This document shows positions 9,254-19,684 of a stretch of DNA of 64,000 nt, piece by piece (positions within the stretch are counted from its first letter, which is position 1; each line of letters begins with the position of its first letter). A program made the position numbers and the translations under genes. The DNA is taken from sequence record ON190025.1; one strand, 5' to 3'. The notes below the pieces were generated by a model. It had not been told where the DNA came from and did no database searches. It saw nothing but the letters and a program-made list of their open reading frames with translations.

Positions 9254-9748
9254 TTGATGGACATCTTTGAATTCCTAGCGAAAGGCGAAGAAACTGAAGC
9301 GAGAATCGCTGAAGAAGAAAAAGAATACGAAGAAGAGCTGAAGAAAGCGAAGAAAGCAGAGAAATATTCACCGTTTGATTTCGTTGACAGTATCTACATG
9401 AAGAAACGTTTACCAGATGCGGTTGTTGATGAGCAATATCTACCATTTATGGTGAATCGCGCATTGAGCAACGGCATCGATACAGTTCTTCATGCGTATA
9501 TCATGGATTCGGTTGGTAGTAAGTTACCGAATGAAATGCAATATGATTATTTGTATCATGCAGTTCGTAAAGGTAAGCGATTCAATTCATGGGCAAAAGA
9601 ACCGAAATATGACTATGTTGATCTAATTGTTGAGGTATACAACGTCAATAAATCACATGCAATTAGTATTTCAAATCGTCTAACGCCCGAAGAGTTGAAT
9701 CAATTACAAGAATGGTACGACTCACGAACGGGGGGCTTAACACGCTAA
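9254..9748 (+). CDS. 62: clamp loader small subunit gp62
   Basis: YLPFMVNRALS, QYDYLYHAVRKGKRF; synteny. Confidence 0.9.
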   Translation: MMDIFEFLAKGEETEARIAEEEKEYEEELKKAKKAEKYSPFDFVDSIYMKKRLPDAVVDEQYLPFMVNRALSNGIDTVLHAYIMDSVGSKLPNEMQYDYLYHAVRKGKRFNSWAKEPKYDYVDLIVEVYNVNKSHAISISNRLTPEELNQLQEWYDSRTGGLTR

Positions 9749-10329
9749 ACAGAATCGGGTTTATGTTTGCAGTTGTCATTGTGCCAACGTTTGATAGTTG
9801 CGGCATTCTTTGAAGATTTGCCGCAATGAATACAAACTGAAATTGGTCTCTCATCCCAACTGTCGCTAATCTTTTTCTTTACATCGCGTGTTCTCTCAAC
9901 TCCTTTGAATGTAGACGGTACACCCTTTCGATTACTAGGCTTCCCGACTTTAGCATCACTGAGCTTTTGTTTATGTTCATTGCTCTTGGGCTTGCCTTTA
10001 AGAGAGTCTGAAATATTTCGGCGAGTTGTTTCGGAACGTTTAGTTCCCTTTACACTACCGCCTTCGCCGCCTATTTTGAGATTATAGGTGTTTTTACTAC
10101 TTACAAAATTTTCGTTCACTATCAGAGATTCGTATTCATATGCGTCTTCTTCGCAGTCGAACGTTTTTAAAATTATCTTTGTGAAATTATCAACACCGTA
10201 TTTATCAATTGAGCGAAATATAATCTTTCCAGAACCCATGTAACCGTCGTCGATGTTATTCGTTGAGTGTTTACCAATATAAACTTTATTGTTTATGTTG
10301 TTTATTATTTTATATACGATATGAAACAT
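9745..10329 (-). mobile_element. free-standing Seg-like GIY-YIG homing endonuclease with NUMOD3-type repeats
   Basis: IVYKIINNINNKVYIGKH, GYMGSG, YNLKIGGEGG, RSETTRRNIS/KSNEHKQKLS repeats; antisense insertion between 62 and regA. Confidence 0.85.
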
Positions 10330-10352
10330 AATAAATTCTCTTTATTTTCTGA

Positions 10353-10364
10353 TATTTATAAATA
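10353..10364. promoter_or_regulatory. palindromic bidirectional late promoter TATTTATAAATA
   Basis: TATAAATA on + at 10357-10364 and on - at 10353-10360. Confidence 0.75.
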
Positions 10365-10395
10365 GTGAGACATACATAATGATTACGAGGCTGCA

Positions 10396-10779
10396 ATGGC
10401 AGATTACATTAACAAACTTGAAATTCAATTACCAGATGACGATGCTTTTCTAAAAATTCGCGAGACTTTAACGCGAATTGGCATCGCCAATAACAAAACA
10501 AATACTCTATATCAATCGTGCCATATTCTTCAGAAACGTGGCGTGTATTTTCTAGTTCACTTTAAAGAGCTTCTAGCACTTGACGGTCGATGTGTAGAAA
10601 TTACTGACGAAGATATTGAACGTCGTAATAACATTGCCAAGTTACTTGAAGACTGGAATCTATGTAAAATCGCGCACCCTGAGTCGCACGAATTTACTGG
10701 CGATAATAAGTTTCGCGTGATCTCGTTCCGCGATTCTAAAAACTGGAATCTACGATACAAGTATAAGATAGGTGCATAA
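10396..10779 (+). CDS. regA: translational repressor RegA
   Basis: DAFLKIRETLTRIGIAN, LYQSCHILQKRG, FKELLALDG, RRNNIAKLL. Confidence 0.95.
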   Translation: MADYINKLEIQLPDDDAFLKIRETLTRIGIANNKTNTLYQSCHILQKRGVYFLVHFKELLALDGRCVEITDEDIERRNNIAKLLEDWNLCKIAHPESHEFTGDNKFRVISFRDSKNWNLRYKYKIGA

Positions 10780-11216
10780 TGAAAACTTACACTGAATTTT
10801 TGAGCGAATATCACATGCAACACCGAGCGCCGTCACCTCCTGATGACAGCCCTCTGTACGATATCTCATTGACGGGAACATTCCCTGAAGATGTATACGA
10901 AGCGAACGGTCTACGATGGTACGGCAATCACAATGATCGCGATGAGCGCGAGGCGTATCAAATCATCAAACGCTGTCACGGAAACCCGAATGCGAAAGTT
11001 AAAATCTATCGCGCATGTCCCGAGCACGTCAGCGTAATCAACTCAGGCGATTGGGTTACGATTGTCGAGAATTATGCAAAATCGCATCAAGAGTCTCGCG
11101 ACTATTCAAGTGAAATTTCAAACGACGATGAGCGTTATCATGTGATCAGTCAAGTTGTACTTGCTAAACAACTCTTCACTGAGGGATATTTCCTTGAGTG
11201 GGGATACGTTAAGTAG
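10779..11216 (+). CDS. capsid-targeted protein with ADP-ribosyltransferase-like domain
   Basis: MKTYTEFLSE; KVKIYRA...INSGDWVT...YAKSH...LEWGY pattern. Confidence 0.6.
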   Translation: MKTYTEFLSEYHMQHRAPSPPDDSPLYDISLTGTFPEDVYEANGLRWYGNHNDRDEREAYQIIKRCHGNPNAKVKIYRACPEHVSVINSGDWVTIVENYAKSHQESRDYSSEISNDDERYHVISQVVLAKQLFTEGYFLEWGYVK

Positions 11217-11233
11217 GTATTCAACTTGCTAAT

Positions 11234-11263
11234 AAAATTAAGAGGTGCAAGCCTCTTAATTTT
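11234..11263. terminator. 12-bp hairpin, probable terminator
   Basis: AAAATTAAGAGG-TGCAAG-CCTCTTAATTTT. Confidence 0.65.
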
Positions 11264-11275
11264 GAGGAATACAAT

Positions 11276-11794
11276 ATGAACGATGAACGTTTTCAAGAAC
11301 TACTACAATTCGGTGGCGAATTCGAAGCTGCCGTTGAGCCTAAGATAGCACGTGTGTTCTGTCATGCAGACCCTCTAGCAATGCTAATCAATACGGCTAC
11401 ATCAAAAACAGATCAGAAACATAATCGTGGTCAGCGTTTAATGTTCTGTCAAGACACATCCGCAAGCTTCATGCTACCAGACGTGTTTGTTTTCACAAAA
11501 GGCAAGCAATTCTGTGTTGAAATCAAGTGCAAGAAACGCTTTTATCGCCACTCAGATGGTAAATTGTATGGCGTTATCGACTCATACAAAGTTCAGGAAT
11601 ATCGCGACGCAGTTCGTCACATGGGATTTGATGGTATTTTCTATGTGTTCGGTGATGAAGAAACACGCTCGGTTTATTTTGCAAAAGACGACCCGATTGA
11701 CATCAAAATCCCTGCGTTTCGCGAATACAAAAACAAAAAAGGCGAGTTTAAAGCTTGGCTAATCGACGATTTGCACTTTTTAGGGAAATGGTAG
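11276..11794 (+). CDS. PD-(D/E)xK nuclease-like protein
   Basis: E...LPDVFVF...CVEIKCK motif. Confidence 0.6.
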   Translation: MNDERFQELLQFGGEFEAAVEPKIARVFCHADPLAMLINTATSKTDQKHNRGQRLMFCQDTSASFMLPDVFVFTKGKQFCVEIKCKKRFYRHSDGKLYGVIDSYKVQEYRDAVRHMGFDGIFYVFGDEETRSVYFAKDDPIDIKIPAFREYKNKKGEFKAWLIDDLHFLGKW

Positions 11795-11854
11795 TTTAGA
11801 ACTGCATTTTTCTCTGATAGCATAACAGCACGTAACAACTTGTGAAGGAATAAC

Positions 11855-14407
11855 ATGACAATCTATACATCAATTGAACGAATCGGGTCTAATCTTTGCG
11901 AACGCTACATCGACGACGACGGTTTTGAGCATATGCGCAAAGTCAAATATACACCGACACTTTTCATTCACTGTAACGAAGAAACTGGTTACAACGACAT
12001 TTACGGTCGCAACTGTCGCCCAAAGATGTTTGACACAATGGGCGAAGCTAGTAAGTACATCAAAGACACTAAGCAGCATCATGAAGTACTCGGTATGGAC
12101 GACTTCGTTGTAACTTATATATCTGATACTTACAAAGAACGTAACTTCGACATCAATCGTATTCGAATTGCAAATATCGATATCGAAACCCCGTCTGTTG
12201 AGTTCCCTGAAGCAGCGCACGCTCCAGTGCCTATTACTTCAATCGGTCACTATGACAACATCGACGATAAATTCTACGTTTACGGTATTCCATCAAATGA
12301 AGAATGGTCGCGTGAAAGCAGCATCGTTAAGCCAGAACTTCTAGAAAAAACAGTGTATATTCGCTGTGCAACTGAAAAAGAGTTACTTGTTAAGTATCTG
12401 CAATTCTGGCGCGAAAAGACCCCAGCAATCGTAACAGGTTGGAACATTGAATCGTTCGATATGCCATACATTGTCAATCGATACAAAAATCTGTTTGGTG
12501 AGAAGGTGATGAATAGCTTGTCACCGTGGGGTAAAGTTCACATTTCGACGATGACTAACGATTACGGGCAAGAAATTTGTAAAGTGAATATCGTCGGCGT
12601 ATCTGAACTCGATTATCTTCAGCTTTACAAGAAATTCACTTACGTAACTCGACCATCTTACCGTCTTGATTACATCGGTGAAGTTGAACTTGATGAGAAA
12701 AAGGTTGAGTTTACACAAGCGAACTACCTAGAGTTCTATGAGCAAGATTATCAGAACTTCATTGACTATCAGATTCAAGACGTTAACTTGGTTAAACGAC
12801 TTGATGAGAAACTTCAGTTGATGCTTTTGACTGTTTCTCTAGCGTACTATGCTGGTATCAACTATCAGACAGTACTTGGTACGATTAAACCGTGGGATGC
12901 AATCATCTTCAACAGTTTGAAAGCTGAGAAGAAAGTAGTACCTATGATGACATCCCACGAAGGTGGTCGATTCATGGGCGCGTTTGTAAAAGCACCACAA
13001 GTGGGTTATCATCGTGGCATTGGCTCTTTCGACTTAACATCACTGTACCCGTCGATTATTCGTGAGTGTAACATTTCACCAGAAACAATCGTTGGTCAGC
13101 TTGACTATGAAGGTACACTTGAAGATCGTATCGACAAGATTGTTGACATGGCTATTACGTTCCCTGCTGATGACATTTCAAACAGCGCGAACGGTATGCA
13201 ATATCGCAAAGACGTGCGTGGTGTAATCCCGATTGAGATTGAGAAAGTCTTCTTCCAGCGTAAAGCTAATAAGAAGAAAGCGTTCGAATACGAACAGCAA
13301 GCAATCGACATCAAGAAAAAGATGGACGAAGAAGGTGAAACACCTGAACTTCGTGAAGCATACGAGCACGCGAAACATGAAGCGAAGATCTACGACGTAC
13401 AGCAAATGGCTCGTAAGATCTTGATCAACTCACTCTATGGTGCGTTAGGTAACGAATACTTCCGCTTCTACGATCTACGTAATGCAGAAGCTGTAACAGC
13501 ATACGGTCAGCTTGCAATCAAATGGGTAGCGCGTGACGTTAACATCTGGTTGAACAAAGTTTGTAAGACAACTGACAAAGACTACGTGATTTACGGTGAT
13601 ACCGACTCAATCTACGTTAACTTTGATCCGCTTCTTGAACTTACTGGCGTTAACAAACTTGAAGGTGATGAATACACAGATAAATTCTCTAAAGTCTGTG
13701 AGACAGTTGAAACGAAAGTTATCAACCCGTCATACGAAGCACTGCACAAGTACATGAACACGTATGAGCGTCAAATGTTCATGGACCGAGAAGTTCTAGC
13801 ACGTACTGGCTTCTTTATCGCGAAAAAGCGTTACGCGCTTGACGTACAAGATAACGAAGGCATTCGTAAACCGAAGCTGAAAATCATGGGTATTGAAACT
13901 CAACGTAGTTCAACTCCACCACTTTGCCAAAAAGGTCTTAAAGAAGCAATTCGTTTGATTCTGCAAGAAGGCGAAGAGAAGCTTCAAGAATTCGTTAAAG
14001 AGTATGAGAAAGAGTTCAAAGTAGCTCCGTATCAAGAAGTGTCGTTTGTGTCTAGCGCGAACAACATGAACAAATACTCTGACGAGCAAGGTAACCCAGG
14101 TAAAGGTTGTCCAGGTCATGTAAAAGGTGCGTTGTACTACAACAAACTAGCTGCACAACATGGGTTCGACAAGATCAACGAAGGTGATAAAATCGCTGTT
14201 GTGTTCTTGACTCGAAACAAACACGGCATTGACCGTATTGCTTACCCATCTGGTGGTAAACTACCTGAATCAATCTCATACTTGATTGACCACGTAGATT
14301 ACAATCGTTTGTACGAAGATAAGTTCATCAAACCATTGACTGCGATTTCTGAAGCAATCAAGTTTGACTACAAGAAAACCATCACATTGGAGAGCTTCTT
14401 TGGCTAA
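11855..14407 (+). CDS. 43: family B DNA polymerase gp43 (single, uninterrupted)
   Basis: Exo [12 protein letters not shown]; pol [29 protein letters not shown]; C-terminal clamp motif LESFF. Confidence 0.97.
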   Translation: MTIYTSIERIGSNLCERYIDDDGFEHMRKVKYTPTLFIHCNEETGYNDIYGRNCRPKMFDTMGEASKYIKDTKQHHEVLGMDDFVVTYISDTYKERNFDINRIRIANIDIETPSVEFPEAAHAPVPITSIGHYDNIDDKFYVYGIPSNEEWSRESSIVKPELLEKTVYIRCATEKELLVKYLQFWREKTPAIVTGWNIESFDMPYIVNRYKNLFGEKVMNSLSPWGKVHISTMTNDYGQEICKVNIVGVSELDYLQLYKKFTYVTRPSYRLDYIGEVELDEKKVEFTQANYLEFYEQDYQNFIDYQIQDVNLVKRLDEKLQLMLLTVSLAYYAGINYQTVLGTIKPWDAIIFNSLKAEKKVVPMMTSHEGGRFMGAFVKAPQVGYHRGIGSFDLTSLYPSIIRECNISPETIVGQLDYEGTLEDRIDKIVDMAITFPADDISNSANGMQYRKDVRGVIPIEIEKVFFQRKANKKKAFEYEQQAIDIKKKMDEEGETPELREAYEHAKHEAKIYDVQQMARKILINSLYGALGNEYFRFYDLRNAEAVTAYGQLAIKWVARDVNIWLNKVCKTTDKDYVIYGDTDSIYVNFDPLLELTGVNKLEGDEYTDKFSKVCETVETKVINPSYEALHKYMNTYERQMFMDREVLARTGFFIAKKRYALDVQDNEGIRKPKLKIMGIETQRSSTPPLCQKGLKEAIRLILQEGEEKLQEFVKEYEKEFKVAPYQEVSFVSSANNMNKYSDEQGNPGKGCPGHVKGALYYNKLAAQHGFDKINEGDKIAVVFLTRNKHGIDRIAYPSGGKLPESISYLIDHVDYNRLYEDKFIKPLTAISEAIKFDYKKTITLESFFG

Positions 14408-14666
14408 TGTAGATAAAATTGAAATCAGTAGCGCAGAAATGCGCACTGATTTTGCCCGTGAACTTGGTATTGATGAAATAAGATACGTCAAATACGAGCG
14501 TGACATTCAACTCGATATTTCATCTTGGTATGTTGATCATGATAATAATGTATTATCGTTGACGTTTAAAAACGAAGAGCCGTCGATTCATGGCATCGTC
14601 ATTCCGCCCCGAGTCGAACTTAACCTATCAAAGGTTAAAGAAATCATCACAGAAATCTTGAAATAA
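14400..14666 (+). CDS. hypothetical protein
   Basis: Probable TTG start at 14400 after GGAG, overlapping the 43 stop. Confidence 0.55.
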   Translation: MANVDKIEISSAEMRTDFARELGIDEIRYVKYERDIQLDISSWYVDHDNNVLSLTFKNEEPSIHGIVIPPRVELNLSKVKEIITEILK

Positions 14667-14670
14667 GTTG

Positions 14671-14699
14671 TTGACAGTGTGCATGAACTCATGTACACT
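14671..14699 (+). promoter_or_regulatory. early promoter upstream of rnlA, within an imperfect inverted repeat
   Basis: TTGACA -17- TACACT. Confidence 0.65.
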
Positions 14700-14729
14700 G
14701 TTAAAAGACTATTTTGAGAGGAAAATAAC

Positions 14730-15875
14730 ATGAACGTACAAGAATTATACAAAAATTTGATGTCTCTAGCTGATGACGCTGAAGGCAAGTTCTTCTTTGC
14801 TGATCATCTTTCACCGCTTGGTGAAAAGTTTCGCGTGTTTAGCTATCATATTGCTTCATATTCTGATTGGCTTTTGCCGGGTGCTCTTGAAGCGCGTGGT
14901 ATCATGTTTCAATTAGATGACAATGATGAAATGATTCGTATCGTATCTCGTCCGATGGAGAAATTCTTCAATCTAAACGAGAATCCCTTTACGATGGAAC
15001 TTGACTTGACGACCACTGTACAACTAATGGACAAAGCTGATGGTTCATTGATTAGCACGTATTTGTCAGGTGAGAACTTCGCGCTGAAGTCAAAAACAAG
15101 CATCTTTTCGGAGCAAGCTGTTGCGGCTAATCGCTACATCAAAAAACCAGAGAATCGTGACTTGTGGGAATTCTGTGACGATTGTACTCAAGCGGGTTTG
15201 ACTGTCAACATGGAATGGTGTGCGCCTAACAACCGCATCGTTCTTGAGTACCCAGAAGCTAAACTGGTTATCTTGAATATTCGTGACAACGAAACAGGTG
15301 ATTATGTAAGTTTCGACGACATTCCACAATCTGCGTTGATGCGTGTTAAACAGTGGCTTGTTGACGAGTACGACCCAGCGACTGCACATGAACCAGATTT
15401 CGTTGAGAAATTGCGAGATACGAAAGGTATTGAAGGCATGATCTTGCGTCTTGCAAACGGTCAATCTGTGAAAATCAAAACTCAATGGTATGTTGATTTA
15501 CACTCGCAAAAAGACTCAGTGAATGTTCCGAAGAAGTTGGTAACAACTATCTTGAACGGCAATCACGATGATCTCTATGCGCTATTCGCAGATGACAAAC
15601 CGACGATTGAGCGTATTCGTGAATTTGATTCTCACGTGACGAAGACTCTTACGAATTCATTCAATGCAGTTCGTCAGTTCTATGCTCGTAATCGTCATCT
15701 AGCGCGTAAAGACTATGCAATTGCAGGTCAGAAAGTATTAAAACCATGGGAATTCGGGGTAGCTATGATCGCGTATCAGAAGCAGACAGTCGAAGGTGTC
15801 TATGAATCTTTAGTTACTGCATATCTGAAGCGACCAGAACTAGCAATCCCAGAGAAATATCTAAACGGGGTGTAA
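14730..15875 (+). CDS. rnlA: RNA ligase 1 / tail fibre attachment catalyst
   Basis: EARGIMF, MEKFFNLNE, KADGSLISTY, NMEW, EGMIL, VKIKTQWY. Confidence 0.95.
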   Translation: MNVQELYKNLMSLADDAEGKFFFADHLSPLGEKFRVFSYHIASYSDWLLPGALEARGIMFQLDDNDEMIRIVSRPMEKFFNLNENPFTMELDLTTTVQLMDKADGSLISTYLSGENFALKSKTSIFSEQAVAANRYIKKPENRDLWEFCDDCTQAGLTVNMEWCAPNNRIVLEYPEAKLVILNIRDNETGDYVSFDDIPQSALMRVKQWLVDEYDPATAHEPDFVEKLRDTKGIEGMILRLANGQSVKIKTQWYVDLHSQKDSVNVPKKLVTTILNGNHDDLYALFADDKPTIERIREFDSHVTKTLTNSFNAVRQFYARNRHLARKDYAIAGQKVLKPWEFGVAMIAYQKQTVEGVYESLVTAYLKRPELAIPEKYLNGV

Positions 15876-16145
15876 ATGCATTTTGTATTTCAAGACGGGG
15901 AGCCGATGCAAGTCGGTGACCCGAATGTATTCATTAAAAAGTTACAAGAAGAGTTTTTACCTGCGTTGCAGAAGAAACTCGAAGAAGACCCAAAAAATCG
16001 AGGCGGTAAAATCGTCTACGTGGGCCCATCAAAAACAGATACTATTCAAGGTCTTGACGTTCAAATATCAGACAAGAATGGTGTCGTATCTACGTTTTAT
16101 CTAAATCCCTTCACACAGACGTTCGCTCCAGTCTTCTATTCTTAA
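15876..16145 (+). CDS. hypothetical protein
   Basis: ORF coupled to the rnlA stop. Confidence 0.65.
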   Translation: MHFVFQDGEPMQVGDPNVFIKKLQEEFLPALQKKLEEDPKNRGGKIVYVGPSKTDTIQGLDVQISDKNGVVSTFYLNPFTQTFAPVFYS

Positions 16146-16148
16146 TAA

Positions 16149-16154
16149 TAAATA
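16149..16154 (+). promoter_or_regulatory. late promoter for the spanins
   Basis: TAAATA about 35 nt upstream of the start. Confidence 0.65.
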
Positions 16155-16187
16155 CTCTCGTATACAACTAATACGGGAGTACCTATC

Positions 16188-16571
16188 GTGTTTTCACAAT
16201 ATAAAATTTACGTGCTCTTGGCGGTTGCTGCTGTTTTCATTGGTTCTATTGGTTACTTGAAGTATGAGAATGTAAGTCTTGAGAAAGATTTAGTTACTCA
16301 AACTGCTGAAGTTGAGCGACTAACGGGTGATAATGAGCGTTTGCAAACAACTATCAAGAACAAAAACTTAACCATAGATCAATGGCGAAGTGTTTACCGT
16401 GAACAGGAACAATATCGCAAAACTCTTCAAACAGAATTGGACAAGTTAACCGCGACTATTGACACATACAAATCACGTCAAGATATCGTATTTCAAAAAC
16501 CTGGTCTAGTTCAAATAAAAGAGCAAAAAGCTCTTGACAAGTTCTTCGACGAGGTGCGAAATGGTCAATAA
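16188..16571 (+). CDS. pseT.3: i-spanin (PseT.3-like)
   Basis: N-terminal TM, coiled coil, KPGLV motif; between rnlA and pseT. Confidence 0.8.
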   Translation: MFSQYKIYVLLAVAAVFIGSIGYLKYENVSLEKDLVTQTAEVERLTGDNERLQTTIKNKNLTIDQWRSVYREQEQYRKTLQTELDKLTATIDTYKSRQDIVFQKPGLVQIKEQKALDKFFDEVRNGQ

Positions 16572-16890
16572 AATCATAGCAATTGCTCTATGCTTCATGC
16601 TGGTCGGTTGTATCGGTACACCAAAAGAGCCAGTACCTGAGCCGCAAAAGAATGAAATCGTCCACCCGAATATTCCAACACCACCGCCAAATCCCGGTGT
16701 CAAAATATTGGTCATTACGACTGATACAATCAAAGCTAATACAGCTTATGTGGGTTTTGAATACGACGAATGGTTAGATTTCGCGAAGTGGATGCATTCG
16801 TACAAGACATATAACTTTGATTTACTTGAGGTTATTCGACTGTACAAAGAGCAAGATGCAAATATTCAGAAAAAAGATGAAAATAATTAA
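16561..16890 (+). CDS. pseT.2: o-spanin lipoprotein (PseT.2-like)
   Basis: Lipobox LVGC, Pro-rich linker, overlaps the end of the i-spanin. Confidence 0.8.
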   Translation: MVNKIIAIALCFMLVGCIGTPKEPVPEPQKNEIVHPNIPTPPPNPGVKILVITTDTIKANTAYVGFEYDEWLDFAKWMHSYKTYNFDLLEVIRLYKEQDANIQKKDENN

Positions 16891-16892
16891 AG

Positions 16893-16928
16893 AAAAGGGT
16901 TGCTTCGGCAACCCTTTTTGCGTATTAT
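16893..16928 (+). promoter_or_regulatory. combined terminator and early promoter (near copy of 1156)
   Basis: Same hairpin; TTGCTT (16900) -17- TATTAT (16923). Confidence 0.8.
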
Positions 16929-16969
16929 AGCTACATCGAAACGACATCGACTAACAAAGAGAGTAAATT

Positions 16970-17269
16970 ATGATTCAATTCAAAGGCAGAAAAATTATCT
17001 CTGACAATCAATATTCCATATGGGTTTATGATTCTATTGACTCGCTTAAAAGCGACGACTTAAATGAGCGTAACTTTTATAACAACGTAACTGGTGAAAC
17101 TCATAAAAAGCTGCGTATTCGTCGCGGTCGCTTTGGCAAGAATTGGGTTCTCCGTGCTACGTCGAAAGACGACGACTCTACAATGTTAGTAGTTGCAGAA
17201 GGCTTCAAAACGAAGAAAGAAGCAATTGAATACGTAAATGACGTTTACTTAAACACAAAAGGGCTGTAA
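16970..17269 (+). CDS. hypothetical early protein
   Basis: ORF with GAGAG SD. Confidence 0.7.
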   Translation: MIQFKGRKIISDNQYSIWVYDSIDSLKSDDLNERNFYNNVTGETHKKLRIRRGRFGKNWVLRATSKDDDSTMLVVAEGFKTKKEAIEYVNDVYLNTKGL

Positions 17270-17270
17270 T

Positions 17271-17504
17271 ATGAAGCATCTAGAAAAAGCATACAACGAA
17301 GCGAACATTCAATTCAATCAATACGGTGTATGTAGTGTATTTCAGCTTGGAAGTCTGATTGAAGAACTAGAAGAGTCTGTGCCTAGCAACGTAGTTGTTA
17401 AAGAAGCGCGTAATGAACTAAATTCATTTGGTGCTCTATCAGATACACGCACGAAACAATTGCTAGAAATCGCGCAGTCTATCGTGACTCGATACAAGAA
17501 ATAA
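17271..17504 (+). CDS. hypothetical protein
   Basis: ORF in operon. Confidence 0.65.
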   Translation: MKHLEKAYNEANIQFNQYGVCSVFQLGSLIEELEESVPSNVVVKEARNELNSFGALSDTRTKQLLEIAQSIVTRYKK

Positions 17505-17512
17505 GGACAAAC

Positions 17513-18430
17513 ATGAAACTGATTGTAACAGTCGGTGTGCCTGCGTCCGGCAAAACTACGTGGGCTGAGAAATTCTGTGCGAACGGGAAAGCAGTAAACG
17601 TCAATCGCGACGATACTCGTCAAGAACTGTTCGGTCCCTTCAAGTGGGGCGAATACAAATTCACGAAGCAAAACGAAGAACTTGTAACTAAAGTCAACAA
17701 AGACAAAGCTATGCTTGCACTTCGTCAAGGTAAGAGTGTTGTTATCTCTGATACAAACCTTGTGCCTGAACGTCGCGAAGTGTGGCGAAACATCGCACAA
17801 GAGCTAGGTGCTGAATACGAAGAGAAGTTATTTCATATCTCTTTCGATGAAGCATTTGCACGCGATAAGGCTCGTGAAATGTCAGTCGGTGGTAAAGTTC
17901 TAACAACTATGTTCCAGAACTATCACAAACACAATCGCGATTTGATTATCGCGCATTTCAAATCACTGCTTGAACCTCTGTGGGAAGCAGGTACTGATTT
18001 GTGTGTATTGTCAGACATCGACGGTACGGTTGCTGAAATGCATAAAGGTATCAAAGGTCGTCGTAGCCCGTTTGAATGGCTTCGTGTCGAAGAAGATTCG
18101 CCACGCGAAACTGTAATCGAAATGCTTGATCTTCTAAGCATTCATTACCCAATCATCTTCATGAGCGGTCGTGATGGTATTTGTGAAGAGCATACGCGCA
18201 GTTGGTTATCTAAGCACATGCCATTCACACACTCAAGTGGTTTTGATTTGGTAATGCGCAAGAAAGGCGATTCTCGCCCGGATTGGGTAATCAAACTAGA
18301 ATTGCTGCTAGAATTAGCAGAACGCGGTTTCCGTCGTCCTATTGTGATGTTCGATGATCGTGACCAAGTAGTCAATACTCTACGTGAAGTAGGTGTTGAA
18401 GTGTTCCAAGTACAACCAGGTAACTTTTAA
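17513..18430 (+). CDS. pseT: polynucleotide 5'-kinase/3'-phosphatase
   Basis: GVPASGKTTW, VNRDD, HAD DIDGTVA, MSGR, RPDWVIK, FDDR. Confidence 0.95.
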   Translation: MKLIVTVGVPASGKTTWAEKFCANGKAVNVNRDDTRQELFGPFKWGEYKFTKQNEELVTKVNKDKAMLALRQGKSVVISDTNLVPERREVWRNIAQELGAEYEEKLFHISFDEAFARDKAREMSVGGKVLTTMFQNYHKHNRDLIIAHFKSLLEPLWEAGTDLCVLSDIDGTVAEMHKGIKGRRSPFEWLRVEEDSPRETVIEMLDLLSIHYPIIFMSGRDGICEEHTRSWLSKHMPFTHSSGFDLVMRKKGDSRPDWVIKLELLLELAERGFRRPIVMFDDRDQVVNTLREVGVEVFQVQPGNF

Positions 18431-18440
18431 AGGTAAAAAT

Positions 18441-18998
18441 ATGATTGAATTATCAGTAACAGTAGCGGCAATCTTGTTTGTATTGTTTGTAATTTACATG
18501 TACAAACGTGCGGCAGACAAGCAAAAAGCAGAAAACGCGAAGTCGATGCGTGAACAAGCAAACCCTGACATTCTCGACCGTCTGCGTGACCGCGATGCAA
18601 AAGAACTTCGTTCGTTGAATGGTACATCAAGCAATGCAAAATCTCGCGTGACTCATTCAGTGCGTCATAATGTACCAAAAACTCAATCACTGTCGCGTAC
18701 TTCTCGTAAGCGTCGTGAAGATGATGACATCGTGACAAATCCGCTGCATCCTCTAAACCCGATTACTGACCCTGTAGGTCTGTATTCTGAAGACGAGCCA
18801 ACACGCTCACGACCTGAACCAAGCTACTCTGCTCCTGAGCCGAGTTACAGAGAATCAGAGCGCGTGTCTAGCCCAGGTAGTTACTCATTCGGTGGTAGTT
18901 CTGACAGCTCTTCAAGCTACTCAGGGTCGAGTGATAGTGGCTCAAGCTACTCAAGCAGTGATAGCAGCTCAAGTAGTTCAGGCGGGGGTTTTGATTAA
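18441..18998 (+). CDS. membrane-anchored protein with Ser/Gly-rich C-terminal tail
   Basis: N-terminal TM; SSDSSSSYSGSSDSGSS tail. Confidence 0.7.
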   Translation: MIELSVTVAAILFVLFVIYMYKRAADKQKAENAKSMREQANPDILDRLRDRDAKELRSLNGTSSNAKSRVTHSVRHNVPKTQSLSRTSRKRREDDDIVTNPLHPLNPITDPVGLYSEDEPTRSRPEPSYSAPEPSYRESERVSSPGSYSFGGSSDSSSSYSGSSDSGSSYSSSDSSSSSSGGGFD

Positions 18999-19510
18999 TG
19001 ATTGTATCTGAGATTCGTGGCGATTTAGTCGCCACTCTCGCTCACGCGATTGAAAACCCTAATCATCAACGTACGTTTATCATGGGACAAGGTTGTAACT
19101 GTTTTATCAGACAAGGCGCAGGTATTGCAGGTCAATTACGACGTTTCCCTGAAGTTTACCGAGCTGATATCGACTTCGGTCGTAGCGGTGACCCACTGAA
19201 GCTAGGTGAATACTCGGTTGCGTTGTTTGATGACCACGGAACTGTCCCTCAAGCTGTTGTGTTTAACATGTACACACAGTTCAGCATGGGTACGAAAGAG
19301 AGACACGCTGAATACTCTGCAATTGCTGAATCTGTGCGTGGTATCGTTCGCTATCTTGAAGGCAATGACGATAAAATCTACTTACCTCTTATTGGTGCGG
19401 GTCTAGCGGGTGGTGATTGGGAAATTATTCGTGATATCATCGACCGTGCAAGCGGTAGTAAAGAAATCGTTATTGTTCATTTTGAAGAAGATAAATTAAT
19501 CGACTGGTGA
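18998..19510 (+). CDS. macrodomain protein (ADP-ribose binding/hydrolase; T4 tk.4-like)
   Basis: RGDL, GCNC..QGAGIAGQL, FNMYTQ, LPLIGAGLAGGDW. Confidence 0.85.
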   Translation: MIVSEIRGDLVATLAHAIENPNHQRTFIMGQGCNCFIRQGAGIAGQLRRFPEVYRADIDFGRSGDPLKLGEYSVALFDDHGTVPQAVVFNMYTQFSMGTKERHAEYSAIAESVRGIVRYLEGNDDKIYLPLIGAGLAGGDWEIIRDIIDRASGSKEIVIVHFEEDKLIDW

Positions 19511-19513
19511 TGT

Positions 19514-19684
19514 ATGTTCCCTTCCGAACTTGCGTTTAATGCATTGATTTTATTGCTTATTCTGTCATTGATTGCATTATTTGTATATTTTATTACGAAA
19601 ATCATTGACAAGAGTGAGGCTAAACGTGTTAAACTACGTCATAAGATCATAAGGCAACGAGCTAGAAAGAGATTACCTAAATGA
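19514..19684 (+). CDS. small membrane protein (56 aa, not in the ORF track)
   Basis: Translated by hand: MFPSELAFNALILLLILSLIALFVYFITK followed by a basic tail. Confidence 0.55.
   Translation: MFPSELAFNALILLLILSLIALFVYFITKIIDKSEAKRVKLRHKIIRQRARKRLPK

Noticed and set aside
11855-14407. Intron, intein or split in DNA polymerase
   Set aside because: Single 850-aa ORF with all motifs in order and no insertion.
18830-18995. AGCTACTCA-type repeats
   Set aside because: They encode the Ser/Gly low-complexity tail of a membrane protein; not an independent DNA element.
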